A stretch of 54,924 nt of DNA from a virus (lineage: Duplodnaviria > Caudoviricetes): positions 1 through 54,924 of the IMG/VR virus record IMGVR_UViG_3300042402_003477; one strand, given 5' to 3'. Positions 54,567 to 54,924 of the stretch are shown piece by piece. Positions within the stretch are counted from its first letter, which is position 1; each line of letters begins with the position of its first letter. Under the pieces are notes generated by a model. The model was not told the origin of the DNA and searched no databases. It was given only the letters and a program-made list of their open reading frames with translations. Position numbers and translations under genes: made by a program.

Positions 54567-54711
54567 ACCATATCATGTATTTGATTATACAACTCCTTGG
54601 TTTGAGTGGTTGTCTTATTTGGAATGTTGTGCTAGTCTAGATGTTGAACCATCTTATGGTAGATGGTTAAGATACAATTCTTACTTTAATCTTTATGGAG
54701 TAAAGAAATGA
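54553..54711 (+). CDS. 52-aa hypothetical protein (absent from the ORF track)
   Basis: GTG start; PYHVFDYTTPWFEWLSYLECC...; stop overlaps the next ATG. Confidence 0.55.
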   Translation: MENSRPYHVFDYTTPWFEWLSYLECCASLDVEPSYGRWLRYNSYFNLYGVKK

Positions 54712-54924
54712 GCAGAACTTACAGGAATACTACTGGTATGCATAGATATGCATATCGTTATCCAAAAACTGAAAATGAGCGTAAGCAACTGGATGGAGTT
54801 CTTCATGATTGTGAACTCTTTGAATTCCCAATCTCAAAAGTAAATCATATGAGATCTAGGGAGAATAATCTTCCTTCTTGTTGGGATGATAAAGTTGTCA
54901 GTGCTTATTATCAGCAGGACTACG
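54708..54924 (+). CDS. hypothetical protein, truncated by the window end
   Basis: MSRTYRN...RYPKT.NE; open to the end of the window. Confidence 0.6.
   Translation, partial: MSRTYRNTTGMHRYAYRYPKTENERKQLDGVLHDCELFEFPISKVNHMRSRENNLPSCWDDKVVSAYYQQDY

Noticed and set aside
1-54924. tRNA/rRNA genes, introns, inteins, homing endonucleases, alternative genetic code
   Set aside because: No cloverleaf or intron-like gaps were seen by eye. Core genes are full length in the standard code, and TAA, TAG and TGA are all used as stops. A tRNAscan or Infernal run would be needed to exclude RNA genes fully.

Overview
This is a 55-kb segment of an AT-rich T4-like cyanophage (cyanomyovirus, Kyanoviridae-type) genome. 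In order it contains: (1) a replication and auxiliary-metabolic block (glutaredoxin, speD, thyX, phoH, exonuclease, gp33, gp59, gp32); (2) a baseplate and tail block (gp53, gp48, gp2, gp4 on the minus strand; gp54-like, gp26, gp51, two long proteins carrying RlpA-like and M23 peptidoglycan-hydrolase domains, and a three-gene gp5-like spike region); (3) a 23-kb mosaic tail-fibre island with a 45-bp tandem repeat, Gln-rich collagen-like repeats, a GC-rich imported segment and three paralogous HxH mini-fibres; (4) 2OG-Fe(II) oxygenases; (5) a CobT-like VWA and CobS-like AAA pair followed by small ORFs. The most notable non-coding signal is at about 2055-2470: an NtcA-type box, then a glnA-class glutamine riboswitch, then a YRG-repeat (DUF4278-like) micro-protein and a coupled 33-aa ORF, then a terminator. 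This looks like a phage copy of host gifB-style nitrogen-status control. Other signals are a three-copy palindrome + hairpin + extended -10 promoter motif, a 20-nt leader shared by two fibre genes, back-to-back promoters with one firing antisense into the fibre island, and 9-nt-periodic ATCC repeats in the gp32 leader. All calls come from reading the sequence and recalling family motifs; no database searches were run.
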